Part shown: positions 55,147 through 64,000 of the stretch, piece after piece
How positions within the stretch are numbered: the first letter of the stretch is position 1
Layout of the letters: every line of letters starts with the position of its first letter
NCBI GenBank assembly: GCA_964609095.1
Contig: CAZSQN010000001.1
Location: 11,901-75,900, forward strand
Direction of reading: 5' to 3'
Length of the DNA stretch: 64,000 nucleotides
From: an uncultured Gammaproteobacteria bacterium
Lineage (GTDB): Bacteria; Patescibacteriota; Patescibacteriia; CAZSQN01
The notes under the pieces: generated by a model
The model's database searches: none
What the model was told of the DNA's origin: nothing
The model's input: only the letters and a program-made list of their open reading frames with translations
Translations under genes and position numbers: made by a program

Positions 55147-55392
55147 TTAAAATTTGTTATAAGTTGTATCTGATCTCCGTTCAATCGCAATAATCATGAT
55201 TTCATCGTTAAAGATCCGATAAATAATCCGCATGTCCCCCTTTTTTAATCTGTAGACGTCTTTTATTCCTTTAAGTTTTTGTATATCTAAACCCGCTGTT
55301 TCTCTGCTCATGATTTTCTCAATCAGATATTCAATCTGTTTCCGTTGCCGCTCCGGAATCTTTCGCAGGAACTTCTGGATGTGATCCGGCAT
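55147..55392 (-). CDS. RelE/ParE-family type II toxin
   Basis: LKGIKDVYRLKKGDMRIIYRIFNDEIMIIAIERRSD matches RelE/ParE core; start at MPDHIQKF. Confidence 0.7.
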   Translation of the reverse strand: MPDHIQKFLRKIPERQRKQIEYLIEKIMSRETAGLDIQKLKGIKDVYRLKKGDMRIIYRIFNDEIMIIAIERRSDTTYNKF

Positions 55393-55396
55393 AAAT

Positions 55397-55624
55397 TTAG
55401 AGCTTTTTAAGGCGCGCGAGAAGCTCTTTGGCGGAAATGCCGTTTTTTCTAAATTTTGTAAAGTCAATAACTTCCTCCCACCCTTCATCAGCATTAGTTA
55501 GGGGAGTTATTTTGAATAACGGCTTGGATTGTTTGACCACGATAAAAGATTTGCCTCGCTGAACTTCTTTAGCATAGGAGGCAACGTTGTTTCTTAATTG
55601 TTTTAATCCTATGATTTTATTCAT
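55397..55624 (-). CDS. Phd/YefM-type antitoxin
   Basis: 75 aa, immediately upstream of toxin with 4-nt gap; N-terminal GLKQLRNNVASYAKEVQRGKSFIVV. Confidence 0.65.
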   Translation of the reverse strand: MNKIIGLKQLRNNVASYAKEVQRGKSFIVVKQSKPLFKITPLTNADEGWEEVIDFTKFRKNGISAKELLARLKKL

Positions 55625-55642
55625 ATTTTTTTAGTTATTGGG

Positions 55643-55733
55643 TTCACCCCGTTAGAAGCCCTATTCTATGAAGGTTTGACTATCTTGTTTGGTGATAATT
55701 TTTTTAGGAAGGAGCTTCTAACGGGGTTCATCT
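55643..55733. promoter_or_regulatory. inverted repeat CACCCCGTTAGAAGC ... GCTTCTAACGGGGTT flanking a 54-bp spacer, upstream of the TA operon
   Basis: 15-nt arms read directly; the 14-mer CTTCTAACGGGGTT recurs at 60657-60670. Confidence 0.45.
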
Positions 55734-55890
55734 TTAGTTTAACAAAGGATTATCTGGAAGTCAAACTAATCATCCCGCCGTTTGCTTTTGAATTACGCAA
55801 AGTTGGCGGGATGCCCGGATAGCGATCGGGACAAAATAAAAACCCTTAACTTTGTTAAGTTAAGGGCGACGAACCATTTAGGTTTATTTT

Positions 55891-56250
55891 TTATGAATTT
55901 GCGGTTTCCTCGTCCATCGGACGCAAGTTATCGCGATTGCTCCAGGGCAGTTCGCCGTCAAGCCATTCGCGCTTGCCAGTGCGCGGATTTACTCGGCAAA
56001 CATCGGCGAAACACCTTTCGCATGCGCCAACAAGTGTGCCAAGTTCAAATGAACTAATTATGTCCTTGTTACAGCACGATGACAGATATTTGGGGCTAAA
56101 GGCACAAGTACAGGCCCCGACATTGATTGTCCGACCCTCCAGTACACCATGACATTTTTCGCAAAATACCCGTTTGCACCGATTGCAGCGGTGATTATCA
56201 ACTTCTCCAAGTCGGCATTCCGGGCACGATCCTTCGCATCCGCAGGCCAT
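55891..56250 (-). CDS. cysteine-rich hypothetical protein (119 aa, 17 Cys)
   Basis: MACGCEGSCPECRLG ... CNRCKRVFCEKCHG ... multiple CxxC pairs. Confidence 0.45.
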   Translation of the reverse strand: MACGCEGSCPECRLGEVDNHRCNRCKRVFCEKCHGVLEGRTINVGACTCAFSPKYLSSCCNKDIISSFELGTLVGACERCFADVCRVNPRTGKREWLDGELPWSNRDNLRPMDEETANS

Positions 56251-56253
56251 CTT

Positions 56254-56643
56254 TTAGCTTTCCTTTCTTGAAATTCTATAACGATATGGCAATTCATGAC
56301 GAGGATCATCTCTCTCAGGATCCTCTTTAACCGCAAAATCGCGTTTTTTTAATTTGCGAATAGCAATATGGGCAAAAGAATGACTCCAATTGTTAACTCT
56401 CGCCTGTAAATCTTGAAATTCTTGCCGCAGATCAATCAAAACACCGGCTTCTGCTTCCGTTACAAGTTGGGCCAAGGCATCAGATTGAATTAAACCAAAC
56501 TCCGCCTCCCACTTATCCGCTAAGTATTCAGCTAAAGCGTCAGCAAGCCTACCTTCCCGTTCCATCGTCCGAGATCGAAAATCTTCGGAAATTCTTGCCT
56601 TTGCTTCATGAATCAGTTCATGAAGAGATTTTTTGTTGCTCAT
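56254..56643 (-). CDS. hypothetical acidic protein
   Basis: start at MSNKKSLHEL; no motif recognised. Confidence 0.45.
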   Translation of the reverse strand: MSNKKSLHELIHEAKARISEDFRSRTMEREGRLADALAEYLADKWEAEFGLIQSDALAQLVTEAEAGVLIDLRQEFQDLQARVNNWSHSFAHIAIRKLKKRDFAVKEDPERDDPRHELPYRYRISRKES

Positions 56644-57026
56644 TTTGTCTCCTTTGAGTTGATTGTAAAGGTGCAAATTACAGCTTAATCTAAGCTATAA
56701 CAAAGTTAGCAAAAGGTTAAGCAAAAGTCAATGGTTTAAATATTTTTTTAACCGCACTACGATACTATGTAGTATCGTAGTGGGATGGTAAAATGGATGA
56801 ATCATTTTTTATCCAAATACTTTATACTTTTATCAAATGTGTTTTTCTTCAATAATGTGCTATCGCGCGCAATTGAGGCAAGCAAAGCGCGTTAAAAAAA
56901 GCGAATTAAACAAAAACAAAATGGTCCGATCGGACCATAATGTTATTTTATAAATTTTAGTCGGCCCAGTAGGATTCTCCGCCAAAGGCGGATGCGCCGT
57001 AGGCGCAGAACCCATGACAACAAATA

Positions 57027-57098
57027 TGCGCGTGCTAGGATTCGAACCTAGAACCAGTCGTGTATAAGACGACGGCTCTACCATTGAGCTACACGCGC
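57027..57098 (-). tRNA. tRNA-Ile (anticodon TAT / UAU)
   Basis: revcomp GCGCGTGTAGCTCAATGGTAGAGCCGTCGTCTTATACACGACTGGTTCTAGGTTCGAATCCTAGCACGCGCA; anticodon stem GTCGT/ACGAC, loop CTTATAC; flanked by 15-nt inverted repeat atgacaacaaatat / atatttgttgtcat. Confidence 0.75.
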
Positions 57099-57221
57099 GC
57101 ATATTTGTTGTCATCAACGATTGTTATTCTATCCCAAAAGCGCAGTTGTTTCAAGAGGCGCGATGGTCTATTCTTAATAAGAGAACTTAAATTCAGAACA
57201 ATTAAGAAAGGGGGTGGATTT

Positions 57222-57521
57222 ATGCAATGTTGCCAAGAAGAAGGCAAAATAGAGGGCGCCTCTCAATGCAAAGAAGGCGCGTGTTCTCCGCACGGAGAGG
57301 GGCGGTGGCATAATCGGTGGTGCGTTCTCGGCTGCCTGCTGGCAAAGAAATTGTTGTTGCTCGCGGGCCTTGTCGCGCTTGTCGCGGCTTGGGTGACAGA
57401 GAGAACCGGAGAACTGTTTTTGGGATTGGACAGCAACCATCTTTTCCATGACGCGCTGGCGCTGCTTCTTTTGTTCTTGCTTTGCGCCAAATGCGGCCAC
57501 AGACACCACCATTCATGCTAA
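57222..57521 (+). CDS. small Cys/His-rich membrane protein, possible metal-binding
   Basis: strong RBS aagaaagggggtgg; MQCCQEEGKIEGASQCKEGACSPHGEG ... TM helix ... CAKCGHRHHHSC. Confidence 0.45.
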   Translation: MQCCQEEGKIEGASQCKEGACSPHGEGRWHNRWCVLGCLLAKKLLLLAGLVALVAAWVTERTGELFLGLDSNHLFHDALALLLLFLLCAKCGHRHHHSC

Positions 57522-57601
57522 TGAATTTTGGATTATAAAGGCCCCCGGCTTTTGTCAGGCGGGCTTTTATTTTACGGCTCCTCGGGTTAGGATAAGAATA
57601 T

Positions 57602-59131
57602 ATGCCCCGCGTTACAACTTTGAAGAAAAAACAAAACGAGATTATCGGAGAAATGAGCCATAAGGATTTTTCTTTTATCGGCAGAATGAAAAAAAAGTTT
57701 CCGCAGTGTGAAATTTATCTTGTCGGCGGCGCCGTCAGGGATTTGATTTTAAGCCGGCCGACCAAGGATTTTGATTTTGTGGTGCGTGGAGTAGGCGCCA
57801 AGAATCTGGAAAAGTTTCTTGATGGCGAAGGCGATACCGACCTTGTCGGCCGCCATTTTGGCGTGTTTAAATTCCTGCCCAAAGGCAGGAGCGTCGAGCC
57901 GTTTGACATAGCCCTGCCGCGCACGGAACATTCCCTAGACGAAGGAGGTTATCGCGATTTTGACGTGCAGTCGGACCCGTCGCTTAAAATAGAAGATGAT
58001 CTTAGCCGCCGCGATTTTACCGTTAATGCTATTGCTTATCGTCTGATTGCGTTGGGCAGGAATATTGCCATTCGGGAGGTCGTTGACCCTTGGAACGGAA
58101 AAGATGACATAAAGAAAAAAATAATCCGCACGGTCGGCGATTCTGATGAAAGATTCAGGGAAGATTATTCCCGCCTGCTTCGCGGACTCCGTTTCGCAAT
58201 TCAGCTTGGTTTTGAAATAGAACCAGGCGCCTTCGCGGCTATCGGCGCTTTAATTCCAAAAATCAATGATGTTAAAAATAACATCAGGATTGTGCCGACC
58301 GAGATTATTGCCCGCGAATTTTTAAAATCGTTTGCCGCCGACCCCGTCCGCGCTTTAGACCTTTGGGACAAAGCCGGAGCGATTGGCGCTCTGATGCCGG
58401 AGCTGCTGGAAATGAAGGGTTGCGTTCAGCCGTCCAATTTCCACAGTGAAGGAGATGTGTGGACGCATACGCGGCTGGCATTGTCTTTGCTAAAGTCAAA
58501 AGAATATAAAAGACAATTTGGAAGCGAGTCGCCTTCCGCTGAAACGATTTTGGGCGTTTTGTTTCACGATATCGGCAAGCCGCGCACCAAACAAACTCCG
58601 CAAGAACATGGCACAGACAGGATAAGGTTTAACAACCATGATGTTGTCGGCAGTGTTATGGCCGACGGTATTTGCGAACGGCTGACGCTCTCCGCGCCGG
58701 CGGAATTTTCTATTGACGCGGAAAGAATTGCCAACTTGGCGCGGCATCATCTTATCACCGTGCATGGACAAGTGAAAAACATTAGAAACAATACGATTGA
58801 AAAATATTTTTTCAGCCCGTCTTTTCCCGGCGAGGCCTTGCAGAGAGTTATTTTTTGCGATTCCAGTGCCACGATTCCGGAGGTGGGCAAGCCCGACCTG
58901 AAACATTATTTTGACTTGCGCAAAAGAATAGCCAAGCTTAAAAAATTATCCGCCGAACGCCCGATTTTGCCGCCGCCGGTTGTTAACGGCGATGAGATTA
59001 TGAAATGGCTAAAATTAAAACCGGGACCCGAAGTCGGGCGGCTGATTCGGGATTTGCGCGAGGAACAGCTTTCCGGAAAAATTAAAACAAAAGCGCAGGC
59101 GCGGAGTTTTTTAAAAAAACATAAAATATGA
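57602..59131 (+). CDS. cca: CCA-adding tRNA nucleotidyltransferase with HD domain
   Basis: YLVGGAVRDLIL ... DFDF polymerase-beta head, HD motif FHDIGKP. Confidence 0.85.
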   Translation: MPRVTTLKKKQNEIIGEMSHKDFSFIGRMKKKFPQCEIYLVGGAVRDLILSRPTKDFDFVVRGVGAKNLEKFLDGEGDTDLVGRHFGVFKFLPKGRSVEPFDIALPRTEHSLDEGGYRDFDVQSDPSLKIEDDLSRRDFTVNAIAYRLIALGRNIAIREVVDPWNGKDDIKKKIIRTVGDSDERFREDYSRLLRGLRFAIQLGFEIEPGAFAAIGALIPKINDVKNNIRIVPTEIIAREFLKSFAADPVRALDLWDKAGAIGALMPELLEMKGCVQPSNFHSEGDVWTHTRLALSLLKSKEYKRQFGSESPSAETILGVLFHDIGKPRTKQTPQEHGTDRIRFNNHDVVGSVMADGICERLTLSAPAEFSIDAERIANLARHHLITVHGQVKNIRNNTIEKYFFSPSFPGEALQRVIFCDSSATIPEVGKPDLKHYFDLRKRIAKLKKLSAERPILPPPVVNGDEIMKWLKLKPGPEVGRLIRDLREEQLSGKIKTKAQARSFLKKHKI

Positions 59132-59223
59132 TGCCGGCCGTGATTTATGCTCGGCCGCGATTGCCTCATCGAAACGGCGTCGCTCGCTTCCTGCGGCTCG
59201 CGCGCCTCGCGCTCGGCCTTGCG

Positions 59224-59240
59224 CCCCGCAGTATGCGGGG
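59224..59240. repeat. minimal CCCCGCA-GTA-TGCGGGG hairpin (core of the MITE/REP family) in a GC-rich intergenic region
   Basis: read directly. Confidence 0.4.
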
Positions 59241-59309
59241 ACCGAGCCGCAAGGCCTGCGCGATGTTCTCTGAGGCAATAGCGCCTCGCTTATTTTAATT
59301 CGTAAAGTT

Positions 59310-60017
59310 ATGAAAATTGTTTACGAAGACCATGATGTGATTGTGGTAGAAAAACCGGCCGGGTTAATCGTTCATGGCGGGCCGGGAATTAAAGAAAAGA
59401 CGCTGGCGGATGAGCTTTTAATCCTTTATCCTGAAATTAAAGATGTCGGCGAGAGCCCGGAGCGGCCCGGGATTGTGCACCGCTTGGACAAAGAGACATC
59501 GGGGCTGATGCTTATTGCCAAAAATCAGAAATCGTTTGATAATCTAAAAAAGCAATTTGCTGAGCGCGGCATAGAAAAAGAGTACCTCGCCCTGCTCTAT
59601 GGAAAACTGCGCGATGAGGCCGGCCGTATTACATTTAAAATAGGAAGATCGCGAAAAGGCGGACGCATGGCCGCCCGGCCGGAGAGCCAGGAGGGCCGGG
59701 ATGCGGTGACAGAATACGAAGTCATCAAACTATTTGTTAACGCTACTTTGGTTAAAGTAAAAATTTTAACCGGCCGCACGCATCAAGTCCGCGCCCATTT
59801 CCACGCCTTTGGCCATCCGGTTGTCGGCGATCCTCTTTATAAAATCAAAAGGATGAAAATCAGGCACGCGCCGCCGAGATTATTTTTGCACGCGGCCAAG
59901 ATTGGTTTCACGGATCTGGGAGGAAATTATCGGGAATTTGCGTCGCCGCTGCCCAAAGAACTGGAAGATTACCTGGGAAAATTAAAATTTGAAGCTCCCA
60001 GTCCCAAAAAAAGTTAA
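59310..60017 (+). CDS. RluA-family 23S rRNA pseudouridine synthase
   Basis: HRLDKETSGLMLIAKN catalytic Asp motif. Confidence 0.9.
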   Translation: MKIVYEDHDVIVVEKPAGLIVHGGPGIKEKTLADELLILYPEIKDVGESPERPGIVHRLDKETSGLMLIAKNQKSFDNLKKQFAERGIEKEYLALLYGKLRDEAGRITFKIGRSRKGGRMAARPESQEGRDAVTEYEVIKLFVNATLVKVKILTGRTHQVRAHFHAFGHPVVGDPLYKIKRMKIRHAPPRLFLHAAKIGFTDLGGNYREFASPLPKELEDYLGKLKFEAPSPKKS

Positions 60018-60100
60018 TTATCAATTTTTAATTTTCAATAAATTTTTATTGAGAGATGAAAAATTCAATGAAAATTGTTAATTGAAAATTGGAAATTTTA
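60018..60100. repeat. AT-rich palindromic intergenic element related to 5621-5735
   Basis: aattttcaataaatttttattgaga ... gaaaattgttaattgaaaattgg. Confidence 0.4.
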
Positions 60101-60678
60101 TGATTATCACCATTTCCGGCCTGCCCGGAGCGGGAAAAACAACCACCGCCAGACTTTTAGCCGAACGGCTCGGCTACAGGTATTATTCCATGGGCGATTT
60201 GCGCGGGAAGATGGCCACGGAGCGAGGATTGACCATAGACGAGCTTAACGAAAAGGCAAAAAGCGACCCGACGAGCCATACGGCCGTGGATGAATATCAG
60301 AAAAAACTCGGAGAAACAGAAGTCAATTTTATAATTGACGGCTGGATGAGCTGGCGCTTTATCCCCGATTCTTTTAAGGTCTTTATGACCATTGATCCGG
60401 ATGAGGCGGCCTTAAGAATCTTTGAGGCGAAAAAGAAAGACCCCAGCCGGAGCGATGAACCTGATTATACAAGCGTTGAAGATGCCAAAGAGACGATAAC
60501 GCGCAGAGTGGAAGTGACCAGAAAACAATTTAAGGATTTATACGGAGTGGATTTTACGGACCCGGCAAATTATGATGCCGTAATTGATACCACCGGTCAG
60601 GCATCGGCCAATGAGACGGTGGAGAAGATACTAAAGGCAATGAAAGAACAAGGACTTCTAACGGGGTTGACAGTTTAG
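60100..60678 (+). CDS. cytidylate kinase-like P-loop kinase
   Basis: Walker A ISGLPGAGKTT; start at MIITISG. Confidence 0.7.
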   Translation: MIITISGLPGAGKTTTARLLAERLGYRYYSMGDLRGKMATERGLTIDELNEKAKSDPTSHTAVDEYQKKLGETEVNFIIDGWMSWRFIPDSFKVFMTIDPDEAALRIFEAKKKDPSRSDEPDYTSVEDAKETITRRVEVTRKQFKDLYGVDFTDPANYDAVIDTTGQASANETVEKILKAMKEQGLLTGLTV

Positions 60679-60735
60679 GTCGGATATAGTAAAAATAGAA
60701 TCATTATCAGCTCTAAACTGTAAATTTACAAAAGT

Positions 60736-61080
60736 ATGGCAGAAACAGCCCAAAAAACAGTAAATTTGCTTGAGGTCTTGCCCGAAAGGCCGGAAGTGAG
60801 GCCGGGCATGACAATCAAGGTTCATCAGAAGATAACAGAAACAACGGAAAAGGGAGAGCGGGAGCGCGTTCAGATTTTTGAAGGCGTTGTTATAGCTACC
60901 CGCGGCAGCGGAGTTGGCCGCACTTTTACCGTCAGGAAGATTTCTAACGGCATCGGGGTTGAGCGGATTTATCCGCTTTATTCGCCGGTGCTGGATAGAA
61001 TTGAAATAGTTAAACAAAGCAAAGTCCGTAGGGCAAAACTAAACTACCTTCGCGGATATAAGAAAAAGCTGAAAGATTAA
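60736..61080 (+). CDS. rplS: 50S ribosomal protein L19
   Basis: [16 protein letters not shown] ... [23 protein letters not shown]. Confidence 0.9.
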   Translation: MAETAQKTVNLLEVLPERPEVRPGMTIKVHQKITETTEKGERERVQIFEGVVIATRGSGVGRTFTVRKISNGIGVERIYPLYSPVLDRIEIVKQSKVRRAKLNYLRGYKKKLKD

Positions 61081-61221
61081 AGCGTTGCCTCCGGCTGAAG
61101 TCGGGGGCGATTTCTTCTCAACCTGATTTTCTTAGATTGAGAGGAGATCTTTCACAAGGCCCTTTGACAAGCTCTCCTCGATTCTGAGCTCGGAGCCGAA
61201 GACAAGGCAAGGAGGAAACAA

Positions 61222-62232
61222 GTGGACGAAAAACGAATTGAAAAGTTTCGTGAGATGGTTGGGTCGTGTTCCGACGTCATTGCCATTCTTGTGGCGCAAG
61301 TTGACCCGGACGCTTTGGGGACCGCCGCGCAGATGCGCAAAGCGTTTGAGGCCTTGGATAAAAGAGTGGAGATTTATTACGCCGGCAAAATCAGCCAGCT
61401 CAATCGTTCTCTCTTCTCATTATTTGATTTGGATAAAATCTTTCACCCGCTTCCTAACGCGCTTCCGTCGCACCTGACGCTGGCGCTGGTTGATTCTTCC
61501 ATGAGCGAAGACGCGAGATTTGGCGCGTTGGGCAAAATCAATCCCAAGTTTGTCATTGACCACCACAAGGGTGACATTAGGGACGATGCCGAGCATTGGG
61601 TGGAAATCCAAGGCGTGGGTTCCGCTTCAGCTCTAGCCGCGGATTTGTGCTTTTCTTTGGGGCTTTCTTTTGCCGATGATAGTGATACGGCGATTCTTGG
61701 CGCTATGGGTATTGCCAATGATACCGATGAGTTGGCTGCTCTGGAAACCAGGGCCTTGGACCGGCACATGCATGCCCGACTTATGGATTTTGCCGACCAG
61801 GACACCTATCACCGCGCGCGAAAGTATCAGCTTCCGGAGAGATATTACGACATCCTGAAAAACGTGCTTGATTCGCGCCGAAGCGCGCACTCAACGCTCA
61901 TTGCCTCCGGCGGATTTATTGCCGAAGACGAGAAGGATTTTCTTGCCAGGATTGCCAATAATTTGATGCGCAGTCAGGGCATGACCTGCGTTTATGTTTG
62001 GGCGGTCGTGGACGAAATCAATCTAGTGGTTAAGGCGCGCACCATCGACGCCTCAACCGATTTGAACCAAGAGCTTAAGCGCCAGTTCGGCGAAAAGTTT
62101 GCCGGAGCCAAAACCTGGCAAGGCGGAGCCGAGATTCCGCTGGGCGTTTTGGCGCCATCAGGAGAAGCTTCCAAAGCGCTGCTTCTACAATATCTGGATA
62201 TGGAGATGCGGGCCAAGTTCCGCATCGGCTAA
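61222..62232 (+). CDS. DHH-family phosphoesterase (NrnA-like)
   Basis: DHHKGD motif and DHHA1-like C-terminus. Confidence 0.8.
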   Translation: MDEKRIEKFREMVGSCSDVIAILVAQVDPDALGTAAQMRKAFEALDKRVEIYYAGKISQLNRSLFSLFDLDKIFHPLPNALPSHLTLALVDSSMSEDARFGALGKINPKFVIDHHKGDIRDDAEHWVEIQGVGSASALAADLCFSLGLSFADDSDTAILGAMGIANDTDELAALETRALDRHMHARLMDFADQDTYHRARKYQLPERYYDILKNVLDSRRSAHSTLIASGGFIAEDEKDFLARIANNLMRSQGMTCVYVWAVVDEINLVVKARTIDASTDLNQELKRQFGEKFAGAKTWQGGAEIPLGVLAPSGEASKALLLQYLDMEMRAKFRIG

Positions 62233-62279
62233 TAATCAAAACCCTCGATTTTCATCGAGGGTTTTACATTAATTACTTT

Positions 62280-64000
62280 TTATAGAGTATCATCAATCGT
62301 CGGCGCATTGGTTGTTTCCGTTGCCGGGCCATAATCCGCAGAAGAGGTAATGGTTGTTTCTTCCATATAATCGGTAAAAAGCGCGTCGGAAACATCATCT
62401 ATCTTTTTATTCCAGTCGGCGCCGTAGAGAGCGCGGGCGACTTCCTCTGTCTGCACCCAACGCAGTTTCGCGCCTTTGGCCACAGCGTAGACCTTGGGAA
62501 CGGTCTGGAGTTTAATCATTTTAACTCCGGGACGATAGGTGACGTTTTTTCCAAGCGCGATTGAGGCCAGGTCTTCCGCGCTGATAGTTTTAACAGAACT
62601 AAAATCGGCATACCAGCTTTTATACACCCGTTCGTTGGGGAAAGCATGGCGTTTTTCATCGGCCCCGTAATAATACACGGCCGCGTTATCGGCGGATTTT
62701 AGCAGATCTCCGGCGCCATAGCGGCCGGCCGGTGAAAAAGTAATCACCGCCATTTCATTTAATCTTACATTTTCAGCGTCAACCGTAATCACGGAGGTCC
62801 CGGCCGTTTTTGACTTTACGCCGAAAGATATCTTTCCTTCCGCGTTGGCGACTCCCGAAGTCGGTGAGAACGAATCCGCTTCGGGCCTGGAAGAAGACAA
62901 GGTTACCCGTTTTCCGGACAGCGCCACGCCGCCGGCATTTTTAACGGTAACGGTTACGGTTGCCTCGCCATTGCTTTTTACCGGCGAGATTGACGCCTCA
63001 ACTTTTGATTCTGTCGCGGACGGAACTTGGGAGGCAAGCGTTGCCGCGGAGATGGTCCAATTTACCTTGGGAAAAGTTGACAAAGTGGTGGAATCAATCC
63101 GCACGGTATAGACGGATTCGCCGTGTTTGGCAGAGCTGATGTTAAAAGTAATATAACCACTGTTGTTGGTGGCGCCGCTCTCGGGCGAAATGGCATCCGC
63201 TGATTTGGTTGAAATAACGGTTACGGTTCTTCTGCCAAGGGCGTTGTTATCACCGTCAACGACTTTAACTGTCAGTACGGCGGTAGATGTTCCGTCCGCC
63301 ACAACGGTATCCGGCGAGACGGTCACTTGAGAACGGCTGGGGGAAATAATATTGGCTCCCGAGAGCGGCAACACGATTGACTCTGTTTTAGACACATTGC
63401 CGGGCACGTCCAAAACCGTATTGACGTCATTGTATCCGAATCGTTCCACGCGGACATAATATCTTCCTCCGGTAACGGCAAAAGAAGCGCGGCCAAGGCC
63501 GTCTGTGTCTTTTTGCGCGTCGTTCGCGCCGACTTTTAAGTAGTCATTGGCCAAGACAGAGCGGCCTAAATCGGTGTAAAGGCGCACCACCGCCTCGTTT
63601 AAGAAATTACCTGTCGGGCCTTTGACCTCAGCTGTAAAAGTGGGCGAGGCAACGGCGCAAGTTACAGACGTTCCGGCGGCGACCGAATTTCCGGAAGCGC
63701 AAAAATTGGTTCCCCGCAATTCCACTGTCGTTACCTGCGAAGAGGTTCCGGGAGCGATATTTTGAAGTTGGGTGTTTTGCGCTCCGTTCTCCGTGACAAA
63801 GCCGGTTTTTTCAACAATCAGCGCGCCGCTGGCCGAAGTGGCAAAATAATAAATGCCGCCGGAAGCCCTTTGCGGAGAAAAACCGGCATGATGAACGACC
63901 GCGTCGCTCACAGAAGAGCCGGCGCTGTCTTTAACCAAAACGCGGAGGCGGTAATAAAGAGTGATTGGAGAACCGGTTTTATCCTGCAGTCCGGCTCCGA
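62280..64000 (-). CDS. large secreted beta-rich (Ig-like repeat) surface protein, N-terminus beyond window
   Basis: reading frame remains open upstream of the ORF-track TTG start to the window edge; Thr/Ser/Val-rich repeats. Confidence 0.5.
   Translation of the reverse strand, partial: GAGLQDKTGSPITLYYRLRVLVKDSAGSSVSDAVVHHAGFSPQRASGGIYYFATSASGALIVEKTGFVTENGAQNTQLQNIAPGTSSQVTTVELRGTNFCASGNSVAAGTSVTCAVASPTFTAEVKGPTGNFLNEAVVRLYTDLGRSVLANDYLKVGANDAQKDTDGLGRASFAVTGGRYYVRVERFGYNDVNTVLDVPGNVSKTESIVLPLSGANIISPSRSQVTVSPDTVVADGTSTAVLTVKVVDGDNNALGRRTVTVISTKSADAISPESGATNNSGYITFNISSAKHGESVYTVRIDSTTLSTFPKVNWTISAATLASQVPSATESKVEASISPVKSNGEATVTVTVKNAGGVALSGKRVTLSSSRPEADSFSPTSGVANAEGKISFGVKSKTAGTSVITVDAENVRLNEMAVITFSPAGRYGAGDLLKSADNAAVYYYGADEKRHAFPNERVYKSWYADFSSVKTISAEDLASIALGKNVTYRPGVKMIKLQTVPKVYAVAKGAKLRWVQTEEVARALYGADWNKKIDDVSDALFTDYMEETTITSSADYGPATETTNAPTIDDTL

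Overview
The window is a 64-kb stretch of bacterial chromosome with mixed GC content, carrying the replication-origin gene set and many short repeat families. Sampled 60-mers ranged from about 38% to 63% G+C.

Core genes:
- Origin neighbourhood: rpmH-rnpA-yidD on the minus strand, diverging from dnaA-dnaN on the plus strand.
- Housekeeping: pnp, lspA, comM/yifB-like ATPase, ppa, tig, an ECF sigma factor with a putative anti-sigma partner, a class A PBP, purA, ruvB, cca, rluA-family synthase, rplS, a DHH phosphoesterase and galU.
- Redox/Fe-S block at 25.6-31.1 kb: DUF2703-like protein, dual-specificity phosphatase, glutaredoxin, Rrf2 regulator, iscS, iscU, a NifU-like protein, a ferredoxin and an FAD oxidoreductase.
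- RNA genes: five tRNA-type loci. These are Arg-TCT, His-GTG with G-1 and encoded CCA, Ser-CGA, Ile-TAT, and one aberrant type-II tRNA-like sequence.

What stands out:
- A MITE/REP-like palindromic element family with conserved termini CCCCGCACATAA...TTATGTGCGGGG is present in at least 8 full copies plus 2 minimal hairpins. The copies abut start or stop codons.
- Hairpins built from heptamer repeats (GGGTTTA/GCGTTTA, resembling plant telomere repeats) sit upstream of pnp, ppa and a pilin gene.
- Heptanucleotide tracts lie inside an O-antigen-ligase-like CDS and at the start codon of a flippase. Both are candidate phase-variation switches.
- A tandem array of four VirB2/TrbC-like pilin paralogs includes a 454-aa member carrying four cysteine-rich repeats. 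It lies next to a GC-rich island of hypothetical membrane proteins and lipoproteins.
- A cluster of P-loop kinases, a Fic-like protein and a RelA/SpoT-type HD hydrolase sits at 8.2-12.0 kb. A second HD hydrolase paralog lies at 48.1 kb.

The gene content (small VirB2-like pilins, SAH-only stringent enzymes, many hypotheticals) suggests a Patescibacteria/CPR-like organism. This is inference only.

No rRNA, CRISPR array, integrase or transposase was seen.
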